Below are positions 39,974-56,507 of a stretch of DNA of 64,000 nucleotides, piece by piece; within the stretch, counting starts at the first letter, position 1, and every line of letters starts with the position of its first letter. The notes under the pieces are model-generated. The model was not told the origin of the DNA. It ran no database searches and saw only the letters and a list, made by a program, of their open reading frames with translations. Location of the stretch: positions 62,001 to 126,000 of the forward strand of contig NGBS01000875.1 of assembly GCA_002245135.1 (NCBI GenBank), read 5' to 3'. The position numbers and the translations under genes are program-made. This stretch comes from Proteromonas lacertae. Its lineage: Eukaryota.

Positions 39974-42924
39974 CTATACTGATGGCAATTCAATTTCATC
40001 TATTACTTTCTCTATAAAGGATTTCGCACATTCAAGAACATTATTATCAACCCTTCTATCATTCTTAATAATATTAGGTGAAAGAACAACAGCCATAGCA
40101 TCCCTTCCCATCTTTGTAACATCTGACCATTGAAGTAATTCTTTAAAATAAATCATTATATAGATCAAACAATCACAATTATGTTTAGGCAAAGTCTGTA
40201 TAAAATCTAAAGTCTTTAAATTCTTCTTTATTGAATTGATCATTAATTCCAACTGACAATCAGGAACTATTGGTTCTGTCATATCTCTCAACCATTGTTT
40301 TAATATACCAGCACCAACATGAGCATTTTCAATTAATTTCATTGTTTCATAATAACCTTGATTAATATATTTTACATGAGAATCAACTTGAGATTTTGCT
40401 GGAGATATTCGAAATATTCCTTCATAAGTACCAGCTTGTAAATCATTCAATCTGTTAATTATTCTCTTTAAGAATGAAGGAATCATCATCTTAGGTTCTA
40501 TTGGTGGAATTATAGGATTAGAAATATAAGCAGTAAAATGGCTTTTTATTATATCATTTGATAGTGTTAACAACTTCATATCAGTGATAGAATTATACCA
40601 ATTTATATAGCAATATAACATATAAGCCCATAATTGATGATAATAATACGATTCTATATTAATGGTCCATATTCTACCATCATGAAATTCAATATAGATA
40701 TTAGATCCAGCCCATGGTGCACCTGAAGATATTTGGCTCAATTCTGGATCACCAACTGTAACGGATATATTTGTGATTTCTTCTGGATCAATTGATATTT
40801 TGTGTTGTTGATTAGCTTCTGGATAGAAAAACATTAATGATAATGTTGGATTTAATAGGAAATATCCAATTTGTGTATTATCATCTATTTTCAATGTTAT
40901 ATCTATTCCAGTTGTTAAATTAGTGTAAAAATCATTAGGATCATGTAAAAATGAAGATATATGATTAACAAAATTATTCTTTATTTCAGTTTTACCTAAT
41001 TCTTCATTATTATTGGCTATTATTGCATTAGCATCAATCGCTTTTCCAGAACATTCATACCAATCGAAATAACATCTAAACGCCAATAACCATCTATCTC
41101 TTTCTACTTTATTACTTGCAATAAATACCATAGTATCATCACTATTCAATCCATTCAATATAAATGTTGAATCTATGAATAAATCATTTATTATTTCATC
41201 TCCATGACTACATCGACTTACACTAATAAAACTACGCATTGGAATAATTGCTCTTGATCCTTCCCATGCACTTAAACTTGACACTATTAATGAATCTAAT
41301 AGTGGTGATAAACATACTTGTTTTTCTTTCAAATGATGATCTTCTCCACGAACTAATAACATAAAAGCACCTTTGGTTAATATGTAGTATAAATTATCAG
41401 GTTTAATAAAGGGTGATAATGGTAAATAACTTCTACCAATTCCACTATGTGAACCATAACTACCAACTTTATTGATTAATACTCCATTTTGACATATTAA
41501 TTGATATTTCTCTTCTATATTATATATTTCATCTAATTTTGCATTAAATACACCTTGAGGTAAGGCTTTTTCAGTTAATCCGATCAATAATTCTTTTGTA
41601 AAATCAACTGGTTTTTCTATTCCCATTAATAATTTCAAACTAAAGTAAGATAATGAACCACATACACCAGCTGTAACTGCATTTGATGCTAAGAACTTTA
41701 CAATATAACCAAATAAGAATCTTGAAGGAGGATAGATAGTATAAACACAGGATAATGCAACTAATAATTCAAAACCTTTCCTTCTGCTAGATTCTGATGG
41801 ATTATCTATACATTGACACATTATCTGACAGTATGTTTCATCAATTAAATTCTCACTTTTTATCATCAGATTTTTGATGTTTTCAACTGTTTCAAATGAT
41901 TTTTCATTGGTGGATATCCATTTCTTACTATCTCCCATATAAGATTGTATTAATTTGAATATTTCTAAAGCAGTATCAGCACTACTACAAGCTGGCGAGA
42001 TAGTAAGTGGTATATTCAATGATTTGAAGTGATGAATAGGATCTGGGAGTGTTATTCGCTTTACGAGTGAAATACATTGTTGCATAATCATTAATCTCAA
42101 AATCATCTATTTAAAAAATAATATATATATATATATATAATTATACTTATATCAACTACTAAATCTCTTGTATAATTATATCCTTTATTATTAGAAGGAC
42201 CTAACATTCTTTGACTTTGATTAATTGTTCTACTTAAATCAATAGCAGCTAATCTAGTAAATGAACTGCTATTATTATTATTATTATTAATATTATCCAT
42301 CTTTTCAGTTATATCTGATGTATTTTGAACTTCTAATATACTCTTACGTAAATCAGTATCATTATTATTATGATGACCTGTTATTGACTTTCTACCTGAA
42401 CTATCTTGTGGAGTTTCTAATAAGACATTAGGATTATCTTGAGAGAATGGTGATATTTTGTAGGAGCTACGTAATCTGCTGGACATGTAACGATTAACTA
42501 TGCTTTCAGGATGAGGTGATGGCTTTCCCATTGGGATTATTGGTTCTAAATTATTCTCTGGGAAGAAGCCTTTCTCTCCTAAAACATTGATACAATATGC
42601 CCAATTATTTTTAACAGAAAATACATAGACAGTATCATCTATTGACAAAGATAACACGCTTGGATCATCAGACTCATATTGGTAATTAACTTTGGCAGCA
42701 TATCCAGGAGTACTAACCACTGGTACATCTTCCATACCTGTAGATATCAAAGGAGTCACACATCTTTCATCAACTGGAAAGTTCCATGTAACTAACCCAG
42801 TACTTACTTGATAATAATATAATTCCTTGCTCTGAGGACTTATACAGAATAACCACTTCACAGGAGCTGAGATTTCTGCCATTAAATCTAAAACTGACTC
42901 AAGCCTGTAAGTTTGAATTGTCAT
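39974..42924 (-). CDS. WW-SH3-MyTH4-PH-like-RhoGAP protein (ARHGAP39-like)
   Basis: WW (W.....SPQSKELYYYQVSTGLVTWNFP), SH3 (GEKGFFPEN), MyTH4 (IQSYMGD, LIDETYCQI) and RhoGAP (EGIFRISP, LKQWLRDMTEP). Intron ~42107-42147. Confidence 0.85.
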
Positions 42925-42956
42925 TTTAATTTTTAATTTTCTGTTTTTTTATTTTA

Positions 42957-44380
<1,424 letters not shown>

Positions 44381-44472
44381 AGATAATATTGTTTTTTTTT
44401 CATTTTTTAAATTTTCTAACAAATGATATATTATTATTATATTTTTTTTTGTTTTTATATATTATATTAATA

Positions 44473-45682
44473 TTACATATCAATAATTATTTTACCATAA
44501 TGTTTTCCTTCTTTCATTTCTTTCATTGCTTCATTAATTTCTTCTAATTTATAATGTTTATATATTAATGGTTTTATTTTACCTTCTTCATACCATTTAC
44601 ATAGTTGATTTACTCCTTGTTCGATTATTTCAGGTTGATTCTTTTTAAATCCACCTAAATATACTCCGATAATTGAGCTGTTTTTCACTAACACATGATT
44701 CATTGGTATTTGCTGGACATTTCCGCTACTAAATCCAATAATAACTAATCTTATATGTGAATTAAATATACAAATAAAAAAATACCATTAAAATAGGATA
44801 TTTGCATTCCATTTAATAGATTTAAAGCATTTCATAAAAGTATCACCTCCAACTGGATCAAATACAACATTTACACCTCCATTTGTTAATTGTTTAACTT
44901 TATTGCTAAATTCTTTGATTGGTAATTTATCACTTATAATATATTCATTTGGAATACCATATTCTTGCAATATATGTTTCTTTGATTCTTCATGATAAAC
45001 TGCTATTATTTTACTTCCTATTGCTTGAGAGATTTGTATTGCTGCTAAACCTGTTCCACCTGTACTTCCTGTTATTAAAACGCTGTCTTCTGACGTTAAT
45101 TGCGCTTTGTAATGTAGACCAAGGATAGCTGTCTGATAATTCACTCCAAAACTCGAAATTTCATTTAAATTTATATTCTATTATATAAGTAATTTATCTT
45201 TATCAAATACTGATGAAAGCTTATATAAATTACTATCTTGTGTTACTATTTCTTCATTGAATCCTCCATTCTTTGATAATATTCCTAATACTTTATCTCC
45301 TTTCTATTAATAATAATTTTTAACTTTAATTGTTACTTTTACATTTTTAACATTTTCTCCTATTTCTGTCACTACACCAGAGAATTCTAAACCAGGAACG
45401 AATGGACATGTGCTTATTTCTTGATATTTTCCTTCACAACATAATATATCTTACAACTAATAACAAAAATATACCAGCAAAATTCAATCCACAACTAACT
45501 GTTTTTATTCTTACTTCATTCACATTTTCTATATGTTTTGATTGTTGTGAGCATATTACCAACGGTTTTTTGTATTCTTTACATACAGCAGCTTTAATCT
45601 AGCAATAATAAAGTATCTATACACTATAATATCTGTTCAATAATCCTCTGTATTTAGTTAAATTTGATAATTTATTCAACAT
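44473..45682 (-). CDS. NADPH:quinone oxidoreductase-like medium-chain dehydrogenase, possibly mitochondrial
   Basis: GLNFA, GKYQ...PFVPGLEFSG, VLITGSTGGTG, VVFDPVGG and GKIII. Basic N-terminal extension. Several introns. Confidence 0.85.
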
Positions 45683-46049
45683 ATCGAGAAAAGAGAAAAA
45701 TAAAAGTCAATCAAACTAGGAATTCGAGCCTGATTTACACAAAGTAACTTAAATGATCGATTAAAAGGTGTTTAAAGATTTAGTAACCATTATCAGAGTA
45801 ATCTATGAAATATTAATCGAAATCTATGTAGAATTAAATCTTGTTCTACCTTTCATATCTTAAATCTATTGTGATATATCTATTACTATTTCAAATTACT
45901 ATTTTTAAATGCATTATCACAAAAGAATAGTCAGATAAATTAGTGTCTAAACAAACCAAATTATTCAAAAATAATAGTCGTTTCAAATATACAAAACTGA
46001 GATATAAATCCAAAAATACAGACAATCAAATATTCTATAAATTCCATCT

Positions 46050-46814
46050 ATGTTAAATCGCTTTCTATGCATCATGGCAATTATTACTTTACAATTTATT
46101 TACACTGAACAGAAGATTATACCACATATCCCTAAAGTTAAATCATATCTAAGGCAAAGTTTATGTATAAATAATTTTATTTAATAAATAGCATTAATTT
46201 TCGACCAAATTAATATAACCAGTAAAAATATGGTCTATTACACAGTTACTGGGATTGTAAACTATGGAAGATTTGACAATTGTGCGAATGAAACAAGAAA
46301 GGTCGAATTACGATTACAATGTTCAATATTTACGTTTCAGCCAAATAAATTGTCATTTAATTTTTCTAAATCTTCAGAACTGTTAAACTGTTCTGGAAAC
46401 ACAATCTCAACATACACATGCTCAACTGAAAACCCTTATTTTGGATGTGCGGTGTATAATTCAAGTTCAAAACAGATAATTACAACAGATTGGATAGATG
46501 TAACAGAACTAGAACATCATCTCACTAAATTAGTAATAATTTGTCTTATAGTATTTCCAGCGATATTATTAGTAAGTATATGTGGATGTTTATATTATTG
46601 TCTGGATTGTGGTAAATGTATTGAGAAATTAACAGCAAAGAAGCCTGTATATATTCAAATGCCTTCTATGTCTGACGCTGAAGTACATCGTTCTTCTCAA
46701 TCACATTTATTATCACCTCCTAAGTTGAAATTTTCTAGTAGTTACAAAAAGGATGATGATGCTGGAGTTTCTTATGTTCCTGTATCAGAATCACCTGCTA
46801 TTATGGATGATTAG
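46050..46814 (+). CDS. Hypothetical single-pass membrane protein
   Basis: Signal-like N-terminus, Cys-containing ectodomain and TM LVIICLIVFPAILLVSICGCLYYC. Confidence 0.6.
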
Positions 46815-46935
46815 TTAGATATTCAATTTAAATAGCAAATTTATGATTTTTATTTTTTGATGTAGTTTGGTGTTTAAATCCCATTAAATGAAATTAACAA
46901 AGATGAATAAATAAATGACAATTTAGAAAAATGCT

Positions 46936-47977
46936 TTACAATTTCTTTTTCTTTCTTTTAATTGCATTATCAAGCGCAGATTGACTTCCAACTATATAAT
47001 ATACAAAATCACTAATCCATAACGGTAATATTTCCAAAATATGTGAAACATACCATAAATAATTAGGTAATATCAATAATTCCTCATTATACTCAATACA
47101 TTTCCATATTTCTTTTACTACATATTCGCACTTCAATTCTGGAATAAATAACTTCAATAATCTATATCTAAGACTATTATTTTATATTATAATAAACATT
47201 ATATATATATATATATACTCTCCAGTAAAACTATCTTCAAATAATTCTGTATCTAGCAGATATGGTAATACACATAATAAGTGAATATTCTCAAAATTAT
47301 ACTTTCTAATTTCACATTTTAATGTATTGTGCAAAGACAATAATGCTGATTTAGCACATATATAGTCAATACTATCTGCACATCTATTAGCTATAGCTGT
47401 AATTGAACTTATATTAACAATAAATGATGGAGATTTAGAAAGTGTTGGAATTAATAAAAATATGAGAGTATATGGTGAGATAAAATCGATTTGCATTGTC
47501 TTATTTAAGTCTTCAGGAGTTAAATTAGTTATATTCTTACCTTGCCATATACCTGCATTATTAATTAAACCAATAATCGAAATATCAGTGTGTGTTTTTA
47601 AGAAAGAGTTGATTTTCAATTCAACATCTTTCGAATTTGATAAATCTATTATTAATTCAATAACATCAATATGATATTTTTCAACCAATGATTTACATAC
47701 TTCATCCAACTCATCTCTTTCTATATCTATCAAGATTAGGTTGTATTTTAAATATCCAAGATAATATGACAAACCTAACAATTAAAAATTATCTAAAATA
47801 CTTCTACCAAGTCCATTAGCTGTTCCAGTAATAACAACATAACCATTTGCTTTTAGTTTCCTCTATATTATATATTAAATGCAATATTTCTACCTTCTTC
47901 TTAAATAATCTATCAATTTTGTATGAATCTAACAACACATAAATGAGAAATGAGAAAATGAAAATCAATAAAAACAT
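46936..47977 (-). CDS. Short-chain dehydrogenase/reductase (RDH10/17-beta-HSD11-like)
   Basis: N-terminal TM, VVITGTANGLGR, LINNAG, IVNISS and YICAK. Three introns. Confidence 0.87.
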
Positions 47978-48352
47978 ATCCGTTTCATAATTTAAAAAAA
48001 AGCATAATATGATGCATTAAGATGTCACAGACCAAAATAGATTAAAATTATTAATTTTAACATTAATATACCATATATACAGCCAGTCTATAATTCTGTA
48101 TAGATATATGTGATTAATGTGTTAAAAAAAAGAAAATAAAACATAATAGATTATTAAAATGTATTAGAAAGTATTAAATAAAATCAAAAATACTGTAGCT
48201 GTTGAAGATGAAGTATTATTTACTGATTTCTTAAATACAGCTGTAGTTTGATATGATTTTGTAATATTTACAGTTATAAATCATGGTTACATTTGTATTG
48301 TCACAATAATCTCGATGATAATGTGTAACTGTTGAAGAATAGCCGTTACAAA

Positions 48353-51188
48353 ATGAATTCTTTTTTATTCTTTTTGTTTGTTAGTGTGATTGCTGGTGAG
48401 AGAATCACTAATGCCACTGTTGAAGTGTATTATGATTCGCATGGAGGCATACATTTAGGATATGGAGATGGTTTTGTTAATAATATCTTGAATCCGGAAG
48501 AGTTTAGATTATCTGCTGGTTATGGTAAAGCTACATTTGACGTAGAAGATCATGATATTACATTATTGAATTATTATCCTTTACCAGAACCAAAAGAAGA
48601 ATTAGCTGAAGGTTTGTATTCCCCTATGTATAACAATACAATACGTGTAGTAATATTTCGAGGTGCTGATAGAAAAAATTCTTCCAAATGTCTATCTGTA
48701 GAAAGAATGAGAAGTTATGTGAAATATGTAGAATTAGGAATGAGATTATGGACTGCCAATCAAATCAGAATGGAACAAGGAAAAGATTTATACATTAGTG
48801 ACTGTTTAAAAATAAATGAGTCTATATATGAAACAGGTAAAGAAAAATCTATTATGGATGCTTTAATTCGTGAATCAAATAAAACCAAAACAGTTCCTAA
48901 AATAGGTATTAGATGGTTCATAACAGATAATTTCCCAGGTGTATGGTCTGGTTTAGGTGCAGTAGGAAATCCAACTGTTGTTGGTAATTCAAGATCTAAT
49001 TATTGGGCAATATCAAAAGGAGGAATAGGTAACAATGATGATAAAAATAATGGAAGAGTGTTAGTAATAATACACGAATTTGGCCATAATTGTGGATATG
49101 GACATAGTGGGACAAAAGCATTAAGTGAAAGTGGAATATTTTATAATTTTGATGTAAAAGATAATTATGGTGATTGTGGTTCTTATATGAGTAATTGTAA
49201 CACTTGGCCTGGTCCACCAACTTCAAGTCAATACATACGTGTTACTGTGAGAAATAAACCAGAACCATGGCAGTTTAGAGATATTGAAGCTGGTAAACAT
49301 ACTTATAGAATCTATGCATTTGATCATCCATATTCGAGATATTATTTAGGCGTAAGTAAACCATTTCACAATGATAGTGATGTATTTGATGGAATTGCAT
49401 TCAAATTCAACTGTTTAGCAGTTCGTCTGTTGGTAAATACCAGTTTTACAAGTAAGTATGAAGGAAAAGAAAATAGTTCTGCTGAATTGTTTATAGAATA
49501 TCGACAACAACAGAAACTACAAAGTTCAAAAGATTTTGGAGTAAGAATCTTGACAGGATCTAGTAGAATGAGTGGCTTATTAGATGCAAACGTAGATGGA
49601 ATGGGTTGGGCTGGAGCTTATGTATTACCAGGAATTGATTATTATCCATCTGATTTTGATACAGGAACATTAAGAATTAGAGTAACAAAGATACATAAAA
49701 CAACCTTGAAGGATAGTTTAGAAGAAGAAGTAGTAAAAGAAGATAAACGAGATTATGATGAACCATGTTATGCAGAAGTAGAAATAGAATGTTATCCAAA
49801 TAAAAAACCATCTACACCATCTCCTCCAAGTGGTTTGCCTACTCTAACATTCTCACCAAGTTTCTACAATTGCATCAACAACAATGACAAAGGCTATAAT
49901 TGTTCAAAATCAACAACTAATAGTGGATGGTATTATTTTGTGAATAATAATAATCGAAATAAGAATATTCCTCGATCATATACCAGTAAGAATGCTTTTA
50001 TTCGAGGAAGAAAAGTTGTACGATCTTATAATGGTAATGATTTATCAAACTCTAAAGTATGTTATGGTGATAGTGGTTCTAAATGTATAACAATAACTGT
50101 AAAAACCGAAAATTATAAAGGTGTTAGAAGATCAAATTTTCCATTTGCCAATGTTAGTAGAATCAAATTGAATGATGTGAATGCCACAGATGAAGATTTA
50201 GGAATTGCAAATGTGATTTATGGCACTGGAATAATCGTTCCTGATGGTGGAAGAGCATATATTACTGATTTATATGGAAATGAAAAAGATATAAAAGTTG
50301 TTGATAAAGTATTTTGTGAATTATTACCAGCATTAGAAACTGATGGATTTACTGAAGGAGCTGTAGTTGTAAAAGATAAAGATGGGAAAGTTACATATTA
50401 TAATGGTTTTACACTTTACAACCAAAAGAATGGAAATAGAGTAGCAGTTGAATTTACTGATGATAATGAAATGGAATTATCTCCAGCTGTAATGCCAAGT
50501 GATAAACATTCAACCACAACATCAATGTTATTTTCGAAATTATTAAAAGCCAATACTTGGTACAACTATCCAATTCTCTTTTTAGGTGATAAAGACTATA
50601 TATTCATTGATTTTAAAGGAGTTATACCAAGTGGATTAGTAATGACAGTTGAAACAGATATGGGTGATTATGTTAGAGATTTGAGTGATTTAGATGGTTT
50701 AAATAATACATCTTATAAATTAACATTTAAGGAGTTGAATAAAGCGACAGGTGGTTGGGGTGAAATAGATAGAATCAAGTTTAACAAAGATGTTAAAATA
50801 CTTAATATCAGACCAATATATGAAAGTAAAGTCGGAAATCAAATAGTTATTGTTAATGCTGCTAGTAGTAATTATAATTATGATGGTTATAAATATACAG
50901 TAAAATCTCCAAACAGTGGAAATAAATATATTTACACTAAAGTGAATGTTGAAGTGTATGGTAAGAAATATTCATTTGATAGTTCAACTAAATCAATCAA
51001 ATTAAGCAAGATCATCATCATCAGATTCTTCTTCTTCTGATGGATCTGATTCTAGTGGTTTAAGTGGAGGAGCTATAGCTGGAATAATTATTGGTGTGGC
51101 TATTATATTAGTTATTGTATCAGTTTCCGTATTTATATTATTAAGAAGAATGAAAGTTAATAAAGTAAAAGTGGATGTATCTGTTTAG
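48353..51188 (+). CDS. Zinc metallopeptidase (metzincin, M11 gametolysin-like) with a C-terminal TM anchor reached via a +1 frame break near 51004
   Basis: Signal peptide, HEFGHNCGYGH and Met-turn-like YGDCGSYM. The +1 frame gives SSSSDSSSSDGSDSSGLSGGAIAGIIIGVAIILVIVSVSVFILLRR. Confidence 0.75.
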
Positions 51189-51306
51189 TATTATTTTATA
51201 TTTTTCATTATTGATTCGTCGAATTTAACATATAAAGAAAATGTGTATAAATTGTTTATTATGGGATAAATGAATTAAAAAACTATACAAAAAATAATAT
51301 AATATA

Positions 51307-54300
51307 TTATTTTATATTAATAAATTCTTTTGAAAATTCTTTCTTTTCTTCTTCTGAAATTCCTTCTAATTCTATTCTTCCAATTGTTGTAAATGTTTTT
51401 AAGAATGATTCTAATTCTGATTTTACTATATTTTCTTTTACTGTTATTGATAATTCATATAGACAATCAAATACTTCTTTGTTTTGTATCATTGATCTCA
51501 ATTCTTCTTCATTCAATTCATTTCCTAACAGGTTTATCTTTCTTAATGGTATATTGTCTTTTAATCCTTCTATCAACATTTTTCAATCCTTTTTTACTCA
51601 TTCTAATATCTATTAAAATAGCAAAAAATAAAATACTCGAAATATCTAACGAAAAAATATCATTTTCATTCACTCTAATAAACTGTATTATATTTTTGCA
51701 TATTATCTCTATTCCTTCATCTCCAATTGGATTATTTGCTATTGAAATATACTTTGATTCTTTTGGTAATGCATCTGCTTAATTCTTTTAATCCTTTTGA
51801 AGTAATTCTATTATTAGATAAACCAAGTGTTACATAATCTATCTGTTTTATCAGTGAAATGTGAGAATCATTTAGATTTAAATCTATTTCATTAAAAATA
51901 AACAACAAAATACTTGAAAGATCGTAGTTCTTATAATATTCATTTCTTTTCTTTTTTACACAATAATTCAAATAGTACTCCACTTCTTCATTATTCCATG
52001 ATATAGATTTCATCTTAATAAATGGATATTTCTCACTCTCTAACGAATATGAACAAATTGATTTTAATCCATTCATCCTAACATCATTTCCGCTTACATT
52101 TATTAATTCACATTTTCCAAGTGTTTTCATTTTATCTGATAAGGAGATGACACTTTCATCATCTATTGATATATTACTCACATCTATTTGGTTTGATAAA
52201 TTTAACAAACTTAAATGCCTTAATAATGATTTAAATCCAGTATTACCAATAGGATTATCTATTTCACATAAAGAATTAAATACATTTATACTATGAATAT
52301 TTAACATTCTAATACTGTATTTTTCTTTTATGAAATTCATCAAATATTCGATTCCTTCTGAATCAATATTATTATCATTTATATAAAACCTTGTATTTCT
52401 TAGTGCTTGTCTCTTCTCTTTAATATTTCTTAAACCATCAACTATATATCTCAATCCAATTGATGATAATCCCATATCTATTATATATTGTAGAATAATT
52501 ATTATACTTGAACAATTCAGAATACCATCTAAATCTCTCAACAAATTTACATGTGGAGATAATAGTTTCATACTTTCATCTCCTACGTCATTTCCATATA
52601 ATACAAGATTTTTTAGATCTGAAAATGAAGATAAATTGTTAATTAGTAATTCTACACTTTTATATGTTAATTTATTGATCTAAATAATAGCAAACTATCA
52701 AATTATACTACTCACATCTAAATTTAGCTACATCCTTTAATTCATTTAATCTTAATGAAATGAATGATTTGAAAATATCATCACTAATATTTGAATTACT
52801 CAGTTTTATTATATAATCATTATGAAATAATTCTGGTATATTTTATCAATTATTAGTTCACTATTATTTTCATTAAAAATCAATTCTATTCTTGAAATTG
52901 GGAATTTGGAGAATAAAGCTTTTATTCCATCACAGTGAATGTAGTTATTTTGTGAAGTATAGATATAGCTTAAACATGGATATTTGCATAAATCTTCTGA
53001 TAATAATATTAACGAATCATCATTTAAATTCATCCACGAAAGATCCAATTCATTATGTTCTGGAATTAATAAATGTAAATATGGAAGTAACAATTTGAAG
53101 CCTTTTGGACCAATTGGATTCACTATTATGAATATACGGATAATTATAAATACATGAAAGATCCACATATCTTAATTTCATGAATGGTATTGTTTTAACA
53201 AATGATTCAACGAAATGATAAGTAAGATTACATCTTGATATATGTAATACTTCTATATTTGTTAATTGACAAAAATATGATCCAAATAATGACTGATGTT
53301 CTACTGGAACATTAATGTACAGAATAAAATCACCTAAAGTGAATAATAAAAAAACATGAATCATACCGAATGAAAGTTTAGTTGGATTAATCAGTGTAAA
53401 TACTTTAAACAAATAATCAATTCCTTCTTTACATAAACACATACTTTTTGGATCAATTCTGATAATTTCTTTATCATCATAATCGTTATAATGAATATTC
53501 AATATCATCTCATCCAAATAACAATCATCATTTCTTTCTTTACATTGGTGATGAATTTGAAACTTTAGTTTTTCTTTGATTGATTCATCGATTTTTGGAT
53601 AATTTTATCATCAACAGCATTGATAATAATCTTTCATTTGTTTTTCTATTATATAATTCTATAATCTTATCTTCTTTGAATTTTGTATTATTAAAATAAT
53701 ACTCGACTTGAAGGTTTAAATGGTGATATTTCTACTATGTAATCATTATTGAACAATATTTCTTTTCTTTCTATACATATCATTACATTATATTTATCAT
53801 CATTCAATATTTCACACACTTTTATCATTTCTTTTCTCAGCTCAATTAGACTAATTCTATATTCACTCTTCACTTTTAACATTTTTTCTATCATTTCTTT
53901 CATCATACCATCACATTCTACATCTAAACTGTATCTACATCTCACAATATTATCTTTTGTTTTACTGATGTTATCATCTTCATTAAATGGTAATTTCTTA
54001 TTTATCATCTCATATAATATACAACCAATTGACCAAATCACACTTTTCTCATTACATTCTAATCCACTCAACTCTTCAGGGCTTCTAAAACATACACCAT
54101 ATATTCTTAAATCTTCTTCTTCTTTCCTTAAATTATTCAAGAATAAATCACATATCTTTATTTCATCACCATCTTCTTCATATTCTATATTATTACTCTT
54201 TAAATTATTTACCATTACATCATAATCACTTAAAATCATCAATATATTACACAATGAATATATCATATTACAAATATCACCATTTGAAAGGGATTTATTA

Positions 54301-54642
54301 TTTATCATTTCTTCTAAATCTCTTTCATAACATTTTCTTTCTAATAATACACAGCTAATTGATTTATCCAAATAAAATAGTGAATGTATAACTGTAGTGA
54401 GTGAAATACTATTCACCAAACTAAAATTCTGCTCAACCAATCTGAAATCTTTTTCTTTAATATTACTTATATCAAATACTTTCACTACCTTAGAATGATT
54501 TTCTTTCAAAACACTTATTTCACTCACTCTCTCTTTTAATACATTATATTTCTATTTTTACATTATTATACAGTTATACGTTCCAATCAATATGATAACA
54601 CAGTGCTAAGTAATCTTTAACACTCTCATTTTTTCGAAACAT
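51307..54642 (-). CDS. Pseudokinase-LRR protein, copy A (at least 5 frame breaks; pseudogene or sequence errors)
   Basis: Kinase fold with NNLKSNNI, IKICDLF and FRSPE..SVIWSIGCILYEM, followed by RNI-like LRRs (N.IG..G...L). Colinear with copy B. Confidence 0.75.
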
Positions 54643-54697
54643 TATTATCAGACAAATACAGCTGTATTGAGTGTATTAACATTTTTCTTTCTTTTTG

Positions 54698-55733
54698 ATG
54701 GATGATAATTACGTTTCGAAATATATATCTGTCCCAGAGAAGAAAAAGAAAACTAAAAAACATAAAAATGATGTATACTTATCATTTTCTTATTTAGTAG
54801 GTGAAAATTGTAGATTACGATGATTTAATATCTAATACATGGAAGCAAAAATCTAGAGATGATGATTATACAATTTCAATGGAAGACCCAAGCATAGAAG
54901 GTATACATTCATAATTTTACTTATATGTAGTTATTAACAAGCCTAAAAAACATAAAAAAGCATCAAGATTTGTAGAAATAAAAGATGATTCAATAGAACA
55001 GAATAAAGAATCAAATAATAAAGAAAAGAATAAATCTCCCTCACCATCACCTCCAAGGCGTGATAGACCTAGAAATCCATCATCATCATCTTCTAGATCA
55101 TCTTCATCATCACCACCAAGGAAAAGATCTAAACCAACATCTCAATTAAACGGATTAATTACAGCAGAAGAATATACAAAAAGTAAAGAAAGATTAGAAT
55201 CAGAGAAACATGATATTTCACATCTTGACAAATCATTGACTGGTGAAAATGCTTCAACAATCTACAGAGATAAATCAGGTAAAAAAATAACCAAACAGTC
55301 AGATATAATGTTAAAAATGTTAAAATTAAACAATTTAAGAACAAAAGATGAAATAGATAGAGAAAAATTAGAATGGGGATTAGGTAAAAAACAAAAAGAA
55401 GAATTAGAGAAGAAACACGAAGAATTAGAAAGAGCCAAAGAGTTACCTTTTTCAGTGCATGCTGATGATATAGAATATAGTGCAGAATTGAAGAATGAAC
55501 TTCGCTCTGAAGATCCAATGTTAGAATATGCAAAAGAAAAGAAGAAGAATAAATCTAATAAACCACTGTATAAAGGACCAGCTGCTCCACCTAATAGATA
55601 TCATATAATGCCTGGTTATCGTTGGGATGGAGTTGATAGAAGTAATGGATTTGAAAGGAGGTATTTATCGGCACAAGCTTCTAAATTGTTAGGAGAAGAG
55701 GAAAAATATAAGTATTTGACTAGAGATATGTAA
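54698..55733 (+). CDS. BUD13: Pre-mRNA splicing factor BUD13/CWC26 (RES complex)
   Basis: TIYRDKSGK, WGLG..Q, R.EDPM and PPNRYHIMPGYRWDGVDRSNGFE. Two introns. Confidence 0.93.
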
Positions 55734-55858
55734 AATTTTCAATCCTTTTTTCTTTACAGATGTATTTTTAAAAATGTTTGTAGTTATTGTTATATGATTA
55801 ATGGTTGTATTATTACAAAACATAATAGAAAATAATGGTATTAATGAAAATAATAAAT

Positions 55859-56507
55859 CTAATCAGTTTTGCTTTTCTCATCCAATTTCTCTTTAAGCTA
55901 TATATACAATAGATTTATACTAATATACTTGTTCTACACCTTCTTGGGCAAGTTTTCCTCCCTTTTCTTTTATTTTTCCTGCAATTTCTGTAGTTTTCTC
56001 TTTGAATTGAGCTATTAATTTCTCAATTAAGCTATCAATTTGTTTTTGATATTTCTAATTGTAATAATATAAAATGTAGATAATACTTCATAAAATGGTC
56101 CAACAAATGAGGTGTATAACCATTCAGAACCCTAACAATTACAATAAGAAAAATACTTTAAACCATGACAAATAAACAAAGGCAGACATTTTTAATTCGC
56201 CATAAAATGGAATACTACAGTAAAATAGAATATAAATGTATACAATCCCGCAAATACATCCAATACCATAGTAATAATTGTGAATAATCCGGCAATAACC
56301 CTAATGAAGTAAAATATGATTAAACATACCAATAATGCAACCAATGGGGTATATTCTCTTTCTCATTCACTGCTTTGTAGGACTGATAGGCTGGGAAGAA
56401 ATATCCAGTGATTAATCTAATGAGACTAAAAAATGGACTTCATACGCAATTGGAACGGTAACCCATGGAGATATGATGGAATATGAATCGAATACTGAAT
56501 AATACAT
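55859..56507 (-). CDS. REEP/YOP1/HVA22 family ER-shaping protein (not in ORF track)
   Basis: Spliced translation GYFFPAYQSYKAV...PHWLHYWVIAG...IPFYGELK....YL...GSEWLY..FVGP. About 6 very short introns. Confidence 0.85.
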
